A stretch of 64,000 nucleotides of DNA from Paraspadella gotoi (GCA_051294375.1 CM119271.1:13259039-13323038), one strand, 5' to 3'. Shown: positions 25,191 through 38,252, counted from the stretch's first letter. Numbers and translations: made by a program. The notes: generated from the sequence alone by a model not told the origin.

Positions 25191-26190
25191 TGAGAAGAAG
25201 AGAGAGATGATAGGAATCCGGATGGAGATTGATTGTTTGATTGGTAGTTAATGGGTGAAAATGATTGAAAAGAAAATTATTGTTAAAGCAATTACCCCGT
25301 TACTGAGAGCATTTCTCATTTATTTCAACAAACCGAGCATAAAATATATTTACATACTAATGGAACGTAGTCAACGCTGTCAAAAAAAAAAAAATTGAAC
25401 GATATTTTCTTCATCTAACGGTTGTTCATTCCAAAACTAACTTTACAAACAAATTTTAAGACTAAACGATCTAAAAACATTAATTAATTTTATTTAAAAA
25501 AAAAAACTCGATTTGAATAAATATTTTTTTAATTTTTTTAAACCTAAATTTTTTTACTTTTCGATCGTGAGCGGATTACAATAAAATATTCATCGATGAC
25601 AACTGTATTACAATTAAGGCGTCACAGAGACAAAACAATTACGCGCGAATTTAGATAAATAATTAATACAAGGTTGCGCGCGGGTTTTTTTTTAGGTAAA
25701 TAATTAATACAACGTAGTAGATAATAATCAGTACAAACGATGCGATATCACTGTGGCAATTTGTTTTTTAAAAAAAATTATGAGAAAAATATGTAATTAA
25801 AACGAGTTAGTTAATATATATTTTTTTGTTGATTGCCAAACTAAGGAGAGAAATTTTTGGTTTTGGTTTTGTTTTCCGTTTTCCTTCGCTGTTCCATTCT
25901 CACCCTTGTTGTTGTTGTCGTTGTTCTTTTCTCTCTCATTTAGTCGGCATACTCAAAAACATAGAACATGGAAAAGTAAAAGAGAGAGAAATAGAAAAAG
26001 GGAAAAGAGAGAGAAAAAGTTGAGAGTCCAGCGTTTGACTTCAGCAAGAAAAAAAAAAGGAAAGTAAATGCCGTGATCTGATTGGCTCGTTCGCGCGTTG
26101 CCTTTTCTTTTATTATTGTGGGAGATTTAATGTTTCGATGTTGTTTTCGTTGTTGTTGTTGTTGTTTTTGTTGTTGTTGTTGTTTTCGGT

Positions 26191-29100
26191 TTAACGGTAT
26201 CTGGCCAATCTGTAGTTGACGTAGTGTTGCATCTGTGAGGAGAAAAGAGATTACGTTTAAAGTTAATTTAAAGTTTATTATCTAATTTAATTTAACATGT
26301 AGTTTATTGTAATATGTAGAAAACTAATATTTAAAAGCAGAATGCAAAATTACTTTCACCCACCTTGTAATAAAGCTTAAGTAGCGCTCCTTCCTCACCA
26401 GAAACCTGGATGATAATGTTTAAGATTAAACGTTTTTAATTGATCATTAAAAACTTGCTAATACCGATGCCATTAATTTTACAGCGGGTATACATTTCTT
26501 TAGGATTAAAATAAGTTCAAAATGTGAATATTTCCTATTAAAAAATAAAAAAAATATTAAATGTAAATGAATTAAAAATAAATAAATGATTAGATAATAA
26601 AAAAATCAATAGATAATGTTAGATAATATATAACTAATTATAGTAATAGATATTAACAAGGTCCTCACCCCGATTCCCTCGTTGGAGAGTCTCGCTGCCC
26701 TCATGAGTTCGGAGGTGATGGTCGATTGAAGCTCCTGTTAAAAAATATTTTTTTAAAAATAAACAAATAAACTAATAAGTTTAATGAATATTTTAGCTTT
26801 TTGCGGTTCACACATCGCACATCAACTGCAATTTTTAAAAAAAAAGAGTTAAACATAATAATATTGAAATCTACGCAATCAAATACGAAATAAATCTAAA
26901 TAAATCTAAATAAATCTAAACGAGGTTGAGGTTCAAATGAGCAGAGACCGAAAAAAAATTTCACCGCAAAAAAAAAAAGGAGAATTCGAAGCGAATTTCC
27001 CTGTAGACGGCAACCTCCATACAGTGTGGTCCCTTTTGAAAGAAATGTTCTTAGACCCACAAGTCATATTTAATTTTCTTTTTTAAACATTATAACATTT
27101 AAACATCTATGCTTGTTTTCTTTTTTTTTTAACGAAGGTTTCTCCGCGGTTTTTTTTTTTCATATAAATTTGTGTAAACGAAACAATTTAAATACTAAAA
27201 AGAAAAACTACTTTCAAACGCGAGACCATATCCAGAAATGTGTAACTATGTGTCGGCTCATTGAACCTTTTAACCTCTTACGCCACATTATATATTATAT
27301 TCACCGCATTTAATCATGAATATATATTAATATCAAATTACTTACATTCAGACATAGACGCTAAGAACCGTTCGTGCATCCATCTACATTGTTTGTTAAA
27401 CTGTGTTTTTTTTTTGTTTTGAAAGAAGAGGAAAACCAAAGGAAGAAAACATAAGGGGAAGTATTCTGTTTTTTTCTGTTTTTTCTGTTTTTTTTTTTTT
27501 TGTCTATCCCGACGATCGCGAACTCAAAAGGGCAGCACTTTGGGATTTCTAGAAGAATCCAACTGTCCGCGGATGAACTGTTGAATCAATGAGCGAGCAA
27601 ATATAAGGACAAAGATAAGGACAAAAATGAGACAAAGGACAACGACGAGACAAAATAGGGACAATCATAAAGACAAAGAGATGAGAAAATAAGTCCCTAG
27701 CTCATCTATGCCTGGTTCTACAAAATGTGATTTTTTTTTTTGGGAAAAAACAATAGCGACACCAAGCATTTCTGGATATTTTGGTCATTTCTGGTCATTT
27801 CTGGTCATTTCTGGTCATTTCTGGTCATTTCTGGATGCGTATATTCTAAAGTATTTTGAACGGTATTAGCGACTTTGTTTTTTGATATTTAAACTGTTTT
27901 TTATAAAAAAAAAAAATAATTGCAGGAGCCACCTTCCTTGCTTGCCTTGTTACGAAAGAACCAAGCATAGATGATATTTGTTTTATCTAGAGTTTAAAAT
28001 AAAAAAACAAATTTGAATTCTGAAGGAAGGTTGGCGACTTAATAGCATAAAATTAAAACCTGAAATCGGAAAAAAAAATCAATTAGGGTAAAAAAAATTC
28101 ACGGCATTTTAAAGTTTTGACTTTTGCTTCACAGAAAAGGGAGAAAACGGTGATGAATGCGAAGAGTAAACAAATAAGATGGTCAGTACCAATGTCCTCC
28201 TGAACTGCGAGCAAAAATCACGGAAAATTAAAATAAAACTCAGGAAACTTTGGAATATAAAATATCAATTTATTTAGTTGTATTTTGAATGTCATCTTCT
28301 GAACAATTTTCTGTGTCGTTTTTGTCCTATGAAAGACATTGATATCGTCGGACATTTACAAAAAGAAAGAGGAAACGTTGAGCAAACAATTCAAGAGTCG
28401 ATTTCATACCTAATATCGCAAAAGGTTAAATATTTCCTCGTCCAAATATGGAGGAGGAGGAGGAAGTTCAATTTCCTAATAAGGGGATCGTTCAGATATT
28501 TATAGGATTGACTTTATAACAATTTTGTCACTTTTCAGAAGGCATTGATATAACCCTTTTGAACTTTTTTGAAAAATATATGACAGAAGAGTGAGTGTGA
28601 GAGAGAGAGAGAGAGAGAGTTTATTTTTTTACTTATTCATTGATTTCAATCAAAGTATTTCTTCGTTTTGAAAATCTCTCCGTCAGAATATGGGGGAGGC
28701 GGGGGCATTTTTATGTCCTGTTTAGATAAGGTAAACAAACATTGTATCGCTTTGTAATAAAATTTAAATGAACGGGCAAAATTGAATCCCCTGTTTAAAG
28801 TTTTAGGTTTTCTTTATAACATAACAGTTTAGAAGATGTAAACTAACATTAGCCTCCTGAGTTTTATTATCAAAAAAACATTTTGATTTGATTTGAGAAG
28901 CAGAAGCAAAATTAAACTTAAAAATTAATTATTTAACCTGTTACAAAATAATAAAATTTAAAAAAAAACAAAAGAAATATTCTGTCTAATATCTATTAAA
29001 GCATAACGTGCTTAAAAAAACAAAAAAACAAAAGACGTTCTACTCACGGAGATGGATTGCCACATTTCGTGCTTCCCTCAAGAGTCTCGTGGCCGCTTTG

Positions 29101-30224
29101 TCGAGGCGACCAATCTCTTCGCCGATCGTGGAGATCTCGCCCTTCAACGCCACCTTGTAGCCCGGCCGAGATGGCGCGGTTCTTCAATCCGTTGTAGCCT
29201 GAAAATGGGGGGAAAGCGGTTTGTTGTATGGAAGCTTTAAAGACGTAAGGTGGCGTGACTTGATGTTAGAAACGTCTGCTTTAAAGTGGCCAGTATTGTT
29301 AATCTTTAATAATTTTCTTTCATAGCAACAAAGTCCCTGTACTAACAGGCACTGGCAACTCATTTCTATTCTCTCTCGCATGGGGCTTTCTCTTTATTAA
29401 CTAGAGCAGTCCTGCATGAACTTGTCCTTCATTGTGGCCAAGTCTCTTAATCTTGGCCTAAATAAACTCCCTACTCACCCGAGATGGCCTGCGTGAACTA
29501 GTCCTTCATTGCGACAAAGCCTCTTTATCTTGGCCCAAATAAACTCACTACTCACTCGAGTTGGCCTGCATGAACTAGTCCTTTGTGGCCAAGTCTCTTT
29601 ATCTTGGCCCAAATAAACTCACTTCTCACCCGAGCTGGCCTGCATGAACTCGTCCTTCATTGCGACAAAGTCTCTTTATTTTGACCCAAATAAACTCCCG
29701 ACTCACCCGAGCTGGCCTGCGTGAACTTGTCCTTCATAGCGGCCAAGTCTTTGCCGGCGTTGGTCTTCTCAATGGTCATCGTCTCCTTGGCGTTTCTCAA
29801 CTCGCCCTGGAGCTTGGTTCTCTCGGAGGCGATGGTCCTCTCCAGGTCGGAGAGGGCGTTGGCCGCTTGGACGTTGCGGTTCTCTATCTGTTTGATTTCG
29901 TCGGCGATTTCACCGGTAGTGGCTCGCTCCTTCTCGGCGGCGGCTTTGGTGGTTTCCAATTTCTGTAAAGGTAGGCGAAGGGCAAGGTAAGTTAAGGTAA
30001 GGAGAATGTGAGATGGGGAAGCCAGAAAAATCTTCGTCATTTATTTGTATATGATCTCGGAGTGTTGGCTTTTGGCTGGAATACTATGTTGTGACAGTTC
30101 GATATTTGCTGTTGCTATTAGTGTCTTAACTGTTGCACCAATGTTTTTGTGTGTGTGTATCGCCGACTGTCTCTCTTTCCCGCCCTCTCTTTCTCTCTCC
30201 CCCTCTTTTCTCTCTCTCTTCCCT

Positions 30225-30300
<76 letters not shown>

Positions 30301-33300
30301 TCCCCCTCTCCCCCTCTCCATCCCTTCCCCCCTCTTTCTCCCTCCCACTTCTTCTCACCTCCTTCAGTTCCCTGTTGATCTTCTGCACGGCCTCCCGCTC
30401 TGCGACCTTGGAGTCGAGTAGAGCCTGCAACTTCTCGAATCCCTCGGCCATCATCTTTCTCCTCTCCTCTTCCTCCTTCTTCTTGCGGATCTTGGCCCCC
30501 TCGGAGGTGACCAACATGTAGAACTGGTACCTGGAATTGGTCCGGGAAGAAAGGTTTTAATTGGTCGTTTGATTGATTGATTGATTGATTCATATTGATA
30601 AATTGGCGACTCGAAGATCCATCGATGATTGATAGATCGATAAAGAAAATAACTTGTTCGCTTGTCTTTTTTAATTTAATGCTATTGATTGCTTGATTGA
30701 TAGTTTGACTGACTGACCAGCAATATCTGTCCGATTTATAAATTCACTGATTAATTAATAGTTTAATCAATTAATCGCCAAATTGTCAGTTTATAAAATT
30801 AAAACAATCAATAGATAAGTTGTTGAGTGATTGAAATAATGAGTGAGTGGTTTAATGGTTGATTTTTTTTGGTCTTAAGATTGATTGATTGATTAGTTCA
30901 TTTATTCTTTGATTAATTAATTGATTGATTGATTATTTTTTTTATTGATTGATTGATTGATTGATTGATAGCCTGATTGATAGATTTATCAATCAATCAA
31001 CTCACCATTTCCAGTTCTTGCACTTGTAATAATTCCTGATGTTGTTCTGGATGGAGGCGATGGCCCTCTTCTCCGCCGCCTTCTCCTTGTAAGTCACGGC
31101 GACGAGACACTTGCGGATGTGCGCCTGCATCTTGAGGACGATGACGGAGAGGGCGCTCTCGCGGATCTCCTCCAGTTTGGAGAGGCGACCCGCGCGGAAC
31201 ATGATCTGAGCGACCGCGGGGGATAAAAAAAAATTCTTATATGAAAATTGACAGTTTTATGATTTAAAGAAGTAAATAAAAATAATTGTTTTTTATTCTT
31301 CGAGTTTTAAGTAATGATTATTTACATTTATGATTGTTTTCCGTGTATTTTAAGGAAACGATCGTATTAATATAAAAACTTTCTGCCGTAAGTTTTTTTC
31401 TGTTTTTGTACCGCGAAGAATTTGGCGTTAATTACCAAAAACGCGCCATTTCGGAATTAAAGGATTAAAAATAAATATTAAGGTTAAAATTAAGTTAAAA
31501 TTAAGTTAAAGTTAAAATTAACAATCTAAATGGGTCGCTCTCCGAAAATAGTGCCGTCCTTACCTCTTCCTCGCCCTTTTTCAAACCCACCTTGGTGTGT
31601 CCAGTACGGAAATCGTCGGGGTCCATCCCGGCGGCGGGCAACGCCTTGTTGGCGCATGACTTGGGGTCTCCCTTCATGTCGGCGAAGATCTTGGGCTGCA
31701 CGATGGAGTATCTGGCCATGAAGTCGGCGTAGGGAACTTTGTTGGGCAGACCCAACATGCAGATGCGGATGCCTGAAGAAAAAGTCGTTTTTGTCGTTAT
31801 TGTTGTTGTTGTCGTCGTCGTCGTCGTTTTCGAGAAGCGAACAATAAATGAATTCGAACTCGCAGTCATTAAAACGAGCAAAAAAAATTATTTTTTTGAT
31901 CAACGGATGAATCGATTAATCAACCAATCAATTAATCAACCAATTAATTAATCAATAAATAAAGAAATAATTAACTCAATAAATTAATCCGTCAATGAGT
32001 CGATCAATCAATCGATCAATTAGCCAATCAAATCCATCAAATCTAATAAAATCAAATCAAATCAATCAATCAATCAAATCGATCAATCATCAAATCTATC
32101 AATCAAATCATATAAAATGCACCTTCCAGCACTCCGTTGCAGTTGAGTTGATGCATGACCAACGGGGCGTCGATGTGACCCGACTTCTTGATCTCGTTGG
32201 GGATGATGCAGCGGACGAAATGAGGATGAGTCGAGTGCAAGTTGGTCATCAGCTTCAGGAGAGACTCCCTGGGTGAGTCAAGAAAAAAGGTAAGTTAGGT
32301 AAGGATTTTATACAAAAACGTTTGTTAGTTGTTTTATAGTTAATATTTTTGATAACCCGAACGCTTTCTTGAACAAAAATTCCAAATCTTAACTTTTCCA
32401 ACTTGCCAAGCAATTAGGTTTAACAGTGAAAGCTTGCAGGATGCTGATATGTTAATGTGATGGAAGCTTTAAATCACCAAAGCCTGTACAAAGTCTGGGG
32501 CATGATAGCTTATTTATTAAATGAATGGATTATTTTTAAATTGATCGCACCAAATTTCACGACTTCTCCCAAATGTTTTTTTCCAACTTAAACATTCCGA
32601 TCATAAAAATCTACAACATTATTCAAGATTCACTTTTTCAAACGAAGCCTCGACCATTCACGACCACATAGCCCGTCCCCAATGACCGGAGACCCACAAA
32701 TGCCACCCACAAATTCCCACGCCTCTCGATACGAACCTGTGGGCGGCGGAGATGGTCATCATAGAGGAACCCTTCTTCTTCTCTCCAGTCTCTTGGAAGA
32801 CGAGAGCAACGACGGCGTTGGTGGCGCCTTGCATCATGTTGATGACGGCGTCGTTGACGGGATCCTGTGGGGGAGTGTGGTTGAATGGAGGGTGTGGTTG
32901 AATGGAGGGTGTTGTTGAATGGAGGATGTGGTTGAAGGAGGGTGTGGTTGAATGGAGGATGTGGTTGAATCGAGGGTGTTGTTGAAGGAGGATGTGGTTG
33001 AAGGAGAGTGTGGTTGAAGGAGGATGTGGTTGAAGGAGGATGTGGTTGAAGGAGGGTGTGGTGAACGACGAAGATGATGACAACAAAGAAGATGACGAAG
33101 ACATAAAAAAAAGAATGAAGACAAAAAAGACGATGACGACGACGAAGACGACGTCGATCAAGACATGACAAAAGGAGACTATTTTGACGAAAATGACGAA
33201 GAAGGAGAAGATGAAGTTGACAATGATGACAGCGATAAAGTTAACAATGACATCGACGATGGCGGAAAAGATGATGACAAAAACGAAAATCGCAATGACA

Positions 33301-36300
33301 ATGACAGCGATGTAGATAACAATGAAATCGACGATGGCGGGAAAGATAAAGACAAAGATAAAACCGAAAATGGCAACAAAAAAAAAACAAAAAATGCTTT
33401 AGATTTTTAATTCTGAGTAATTAAAAATCTCATCAAAGATTAAACTGAAAACTAAATTAAGAATGTTATTTTAACGGTTTAATCCTACTCTAAAATATAA
33501 TTATTAATTTGAAATTCAATTAAAAACCCGAATAAAATTTGTTTTACTTTAAATGTGTAATTTTAATTTAATTCCTACTTACGTTTCGACTGTACAATCC
33601 TATTTAAATACCAACCTTGTTCTTGAACAACCAGCCGGTGACGTTGTAACCGACAGTACCGGCGTAGTGGTAAACCTCAAAGTGAGCCTCTGGCTTGCCC
33701 TTCTTGGCCGGCTTGGGCTTGCCGAAGGAATCGTGCTTGCCCAAGTGCTTGCCAATGAGCTTCTCGAGATAGGTCTTGTCTGTGGCCTTGGGCACGATGC
33801 ACTCCTCCTCCAACATGGAGAGGAGCCGCATCTTTTTCTCGATCAGCTCGATGGTCTTCACCAGATTCATGCCAAAGTCGATGAAGGCCCATTGGATGCC
33901 TTCCGCCTTGTACTCTTCCTGCTCTTGGACGAACATGTGATGATTGAAGAACTGCTGCAGCCTCTCGTTGGTGTAGTTGATGAGGAGCTGCTCCAAAGAC
34001 GTTGAGTTCGAAGATCTCGAAGCCGGCAATGTCCAAGACGCCGATGAAATGCTTCCTCGGGTTGGGCGTGTCCAGAGAATCGTTGACCAGGCGGACGATC
34101 CAGTCGAACAGGCGAGCAAAGAGGGACTTTGAAGTGGCAGAGACAGAGAATGCCACCTGATCGACATTCTGTCCTTTCTTTACGTAATCCTTGCCGACCT
34201 TCAACTTTGGCTTCATGAAGGTGTCGACGAAGAAGTCGGGGTCGATGCCGAGCAGGCTAGCGCATGACGTAACTTGGTCCATGCCATCAGGCTCTGCCTG
34301 CTCTTCGCGACCCTTTTGCTTCCACTTGGCGTTGCCCAGATGGGCAATTGCAATGGTGGCTTTGTAGCAGCCTTCCTTGTCGGGCTGAGAAAAGCCCAAA
34401 GTGTCCAGGGCAGTGTCAGTGGCCCTCATTTCCTCGGCATCGTCCATGCCAGCGACGGTCAGCACACCCTGGCTGATGAAGTAGTACTGGCCAGGATCGG
34501 GGTTATTTGACAGGCCGCACATGGATGGTACTGTGGGTAAGCGTTGGTCATCAGCTGGTAGAAGATGTGGTAGTTTCTCTCGATCTCCAGCTGAGAATGT
34601 GATGCGGGATTTTCTCCAGCAGGTAAGTTTCGATGTCGGCTGAGGCGATCTTCATGTTGGGGCCGAAATGGATACGGATGAACTTACCCTAGTGGAGAAA
34701 AAAAAACAAAGAGAGGTATTTTAGATGGTGTTTTGCCGATTGGTTTTTTGTTTTTTTTTCACGAGCCTCATATCTAATGTCATTTTAATATTTTGTATTT
34801 ATAATTTTAAATAGGAATACTTTTTTTTTCCGATAATCATGTTAGTACGCAAAAATTGAATAGAAGTATATCTGTTGCCTTTTAACTTAAGTACAATGCA
34901 GTAGTATTTTTAAAAATAATTTAGCTAAAAAAGCGAGAAACAGAAAAAGAGCCACATAATTATATAGAGAGTTGACCTAACTGCTGGTAGACCTAAAAAA
35001 TTATTAATAATTACGTTTTTGTTTTTGTTTTCATATTTATGTTTTTGTGGTTTTTGTATTTGCGTATTATTTAAAAAAATATTAGAAATTCTGGTGTTTA
35101 TTTAAGTGGCGTCATCTTCGGTCATTCACGTCTTCAATATTCTACTCATGTCATTTCATGTCATGACAACTCACGAATCGAGAAGAGTTGTTGTTTCTGA
35201 CTGTCTTGGCATTGCCGTAAGCCTCCAACGGAGGGTTAGCCTGGATGATCTGCTCTTCAAGAGACCCGGCGTTCTCGGAGGTGGCGGCCTTGGACTTGGC
35301 GGCGTTGGGGTCGGCGCAGTTGAGGGCGTAGTACTGCAACACCTTCTTGGTGTTCTCAGTCTTCCCGCTCCTGACTCGCCGGTGATCAGTGAGGACTGGT
35401 TCTTGTGCTCTGGTGAATTGGAAATGTGAATGATAAATAAATGGTAACTATTATAATAATGATGAGTATAAAAAATATTTTTTTACAGGTTATATATCTT
35501 ATGAGCCAAAACCTAAAGAGAGAAAAAAAAAAAACCCGAAAATTATAAAACAAAATTGTTTTCATGTAATAATTTAAACTTACAAATTTACAAACAACTT
35601 CTCCCTCTATAAGTTTGTTATAACTTTGACAAAGAATATTACAAATTTTTACAAATGTTAAATATTACAAATTTTTACAATTTTTTACCAAATTAAAATA
35701 AGAAATGTAAACAGCAACTTTTATTAATGTTTAATTTACGTTTGCTTTTTTATTCCATCCCAACTCAGCCCTAAATGATTCTAGCGACCTTACCCACAAT
35801 TCAACTCACCCATTTCCAAGAATTGCAAGGCCCCGTCAGCGATGGCGTACAAATGCGGCGGCGCCTCGTTTCTCCTCTTGTTCCTGTAGAAATCTCTCAT
35901 GATTGGCGTGTAGACCATGAGCCACTTGTAAGGGTTGATACAGATGCAGAAGAGGCCAGAGTAGGTGTAGATCTGAAGGACCTTGTAGCGGGTCCTCAGG
36001 TTGTGAAGAACGCAAGCTTTGTTCAAAACGGACAGGTTGGACATATCCTCTTCCTGAAAAAGGAAAAGAGTCGTAGTTTGTTTGTAGGTATTCTAGGTCA
36101 TTAATTTGTAAAGATAAAATATATTATAAAGTCACTATTTTTACATTGTAAAAATTTATTATAATTATTGTCAATTCGAAAATAAAAATTTTATTTTGAA
36201 TTTTAAATCAATGAGACATCAAACATATTAGATGAGTTATATACATTAAATATATTATGTAAGTAAGACGTTAAAGACATTAAATGAAACATTGAATACA

Positions 36301-36815
36301 TAAAATAAATTTTAAAAATTGATTATTTTTACATTGTAAAATTAAATATTTTTAAATTTTAAATAAATAGGGCAATTTTTACATCTTTTGTCAATTTAAT
36401 AATAAAAACATTTATCATGCTTCCCTCATTTTTTTTCCTTCTAAACTAAGAACAAAAAAAAATACTTTGTTTTGTTTACCGACGTAAACAAAACAAAGTA
36501 ATTTTTGTTTACGTCGAATCTTTTGTTTACCTTTTCGAATTTTGGCGGGTTTCTCTCCAAAACTTCCGCCTTAGGCAGAGTCTTTACTTCGTTCTTCGCC
36601 GTCTCGACTTCGATTGTCTCCCCGTTGTCCTAAATGAAATAATATTGATCTCCTATTCGTTTCTATTACAAGCAGCCGTAGTAGTATCTACGAAATATGC
36701 CATAACTCGTCACCATCAAACAATAAAACAATAGTCTAATCTATAAATCCATCAATATCTCGAACAATTAATAAATCTATTAAAAATTCAATTAATAAAT
36801 AAATAAATCGATAAT

Positions 36816-36847
<32 letters not shown>

Positions 36848-37289
36848 CCAATAATCAATTAATTATTAGATATCAAGTAATCTATATCTAAAAATCAATC
36901 TAAATGAAACAATTCTATCAAAACATCAACAAATAAATGAAAAATAATAGGCAATAAATAAATTAATCAATTAATATCCATCAAGCGATCAGTATCTTAC
37001 CAGCAATAAATGTGAATGAATCACATAAAGTGCTTTATTAATTAATTAATTAGTTTATTTATGAAGACTCACCGATTTGACTTTTGCCTTGATGAAAACT
37101 TCCTCCACATCCGACACCCATCGTTCAGTCTGAGTGAGAGGGAGACAAAAAGGAGATGAAAGGTCAACATAACTGGAAAAGGAGGAAAAAATATAGAGAG
37201 GGAGAGGAATGAAAGAAAGAAAAAAAAAGGAAAAGAAGGAAAGAAAGATGGGTCAACAAGATGGGACCTAGAGAGAGAGAGAGAGAGAG

Positions 37290-37356
<67 letters not shown>

Positions 37357-37590
37357 AAAAAGCAAAATAGATACTAGATAGAAAGAAAGATAGACAGATA
37401 GATTGATAGATACCGAGATAGATAAATAGATAGATACCTAGATAGAAAGAAAGATAGATAAATAGACAGACCGACCGACCTTAGCGTCGAAAGGAGCGCT
37501 TCTCTCCTTGAGGAGCTCATTCATTGGACTCTGCAGCCACAACCAATCAGGATGGTTGGGCGAAAGACGTTCCTTCTTCTTATCGGCCAT
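26191..37590 (-). CDS. Mhc: Class II myosin heavy chain-like protein with short tail (myosin A)
   Basis: Exons 37590-37480 ([37 protein letters not shown]), 37129-37073, 36629-36531 (NPPKFEK), 36053-35810 (IYTYSGLFC), 35409-35175 (GESGAGKT, NNNSSRF), 34688-33616 ([27 protein letters not shown]), 32864-32737, 32268-32123 ([17 protein letters not shown]), 31772-31591, 31205-31006 (2 IQ), 30530-30359, 29962-29707, 29198-29048, then candidate 26734-26669, 26405-26364 and 26232-26191 (stop). Several 1-bp indels must be assumed, and the terminal exon choice is inferred. Confidence 0.9.
28410..28475 (-). CDS. Candidate alternative terminal exon of myosin A: [21 protein letters not shown]
   Basis: ccttattag acceptor, phase 0, 22 codons to TAG, immediately followed by a gtatga donor; protein-level similarity to 28646-28717. 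Confidence 0.6.
   Translation of the reverse strand, partial: EIELPPPPPYLDEEIFNLLRY
28646..28717 (-). CDS. Candidate alternative terminal exon of myosin A: [23 protein letters not shown]
   Basis: ctaaacag acceptor, phase 0, 24 codons to TGA; homologous to 28410-28475. Confidence 0.6.
   Translation of the reverse strand, partial: DIKMPPPPPYSDGEIFKTKKYFD
29400..29750. repeat. ~70-bp tandem repeat derived from the myosin exon 3' end and splice donor (~5 copies)
   Basis: Unit ggcctgc(a/g)tgaact(a/t)gtccttcattg..ccaagtctctttatcttggcccaaataaactc...actcacccgag; the last copy is the real exon end. Confidence 0.88.
32875..33062. repeat. 16-17-bp minisatellite (tgtggttgaa[t]ggagg[a/g]) abutting a myosin splice acceptor
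   Basis: Direct reading; produces the spurious QPHPP ORFs. Confidence 0.9.
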
Positions 37591-38174
37591 AATTTCGGTT
37601 CGACGGTGGAACTGGAGTCAGAAGATTTGAGATTTATTACCGGAGATTTGGAGATTTATTATTTGTGATTGGAAGATTTTTTATTGGAGATTTGGAGATT
37701 AGGAGATTTGAGAAATATGGCTTGAGATTTGAGGGTTTGATATTTTAGATTAAAGATTTGGACATTTGGGATATAACATTTGATATAACATTGGGTAACA
37801 TTATAACATTGGATTTGTGATTTGAGAATTGAAATTTGAGATTTCTAAATTTCTAAAATTCATTCGAATAGAAATTTCAAAAATTTTAGGATTAATATTA
37901 ATTTAAAATAAAAGATTTTAATTTTAAAGAAGAAATCATACCTTTTGATGACAAAAAAAAACCTTTTTAAAATCCTGGAGACCCCAGACTGGACGGCTGT
38001 TTCAACCTGATTTAAAGGAGAAGCTCTATTTATACTATTAATACTGTTATTACTATAAATACTATTTTATTTATCATTTAACGTTTAAAGAACTAAATCG
38101 CGATACATTCAAACGTTGGACAAAAAAAAAAAAAAAACCCCCACGGAACGTTGGGGCACTTTTTTTCTTTTTAC

Positions 38175-38252
38175 CTGCGAAACGTCTTCGTCCACTAAAA
38201 AAAAAGCGCGCGGTCTGAAGTGGCCTCAACCCGGGACGCCCTCTCTTTTATA
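38175..38252 (-). promoter_or_regulatory. Putative core promoter (TATA + Inr-like) and non-coding first exon of myosin A
   Basis: Minus-strand TATAAAAG at 38252-38245, CCACTTCAG with the A 31 nt from the TATA start (38221), and a gcag|gtaaaa donor at 38175. Confidence 0.6.

Noticed and set aside
30041-30593. ORFs with ERERER/SLSLSL runs here and at ~3200, 16260, 24069, 39001, 45983, 50240 and 61581
   Set aside because: Translations of (GA)n/(CT)n microsatellites; only the embedded myosin exons are real.
33165-33410. Acidic D/N-rich ORF
   Set aside because: Low-complexity (GAC/GAT) intronic sequence antisense to myosin A.
33990-35370. Programmed frameshifting or pseudogenisation in myosin A
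   Set aside because: The indels are single-base, long-read-type errors; at least two are corrected in the duplicate copy, and the catalytic motifs are otherwise intact.
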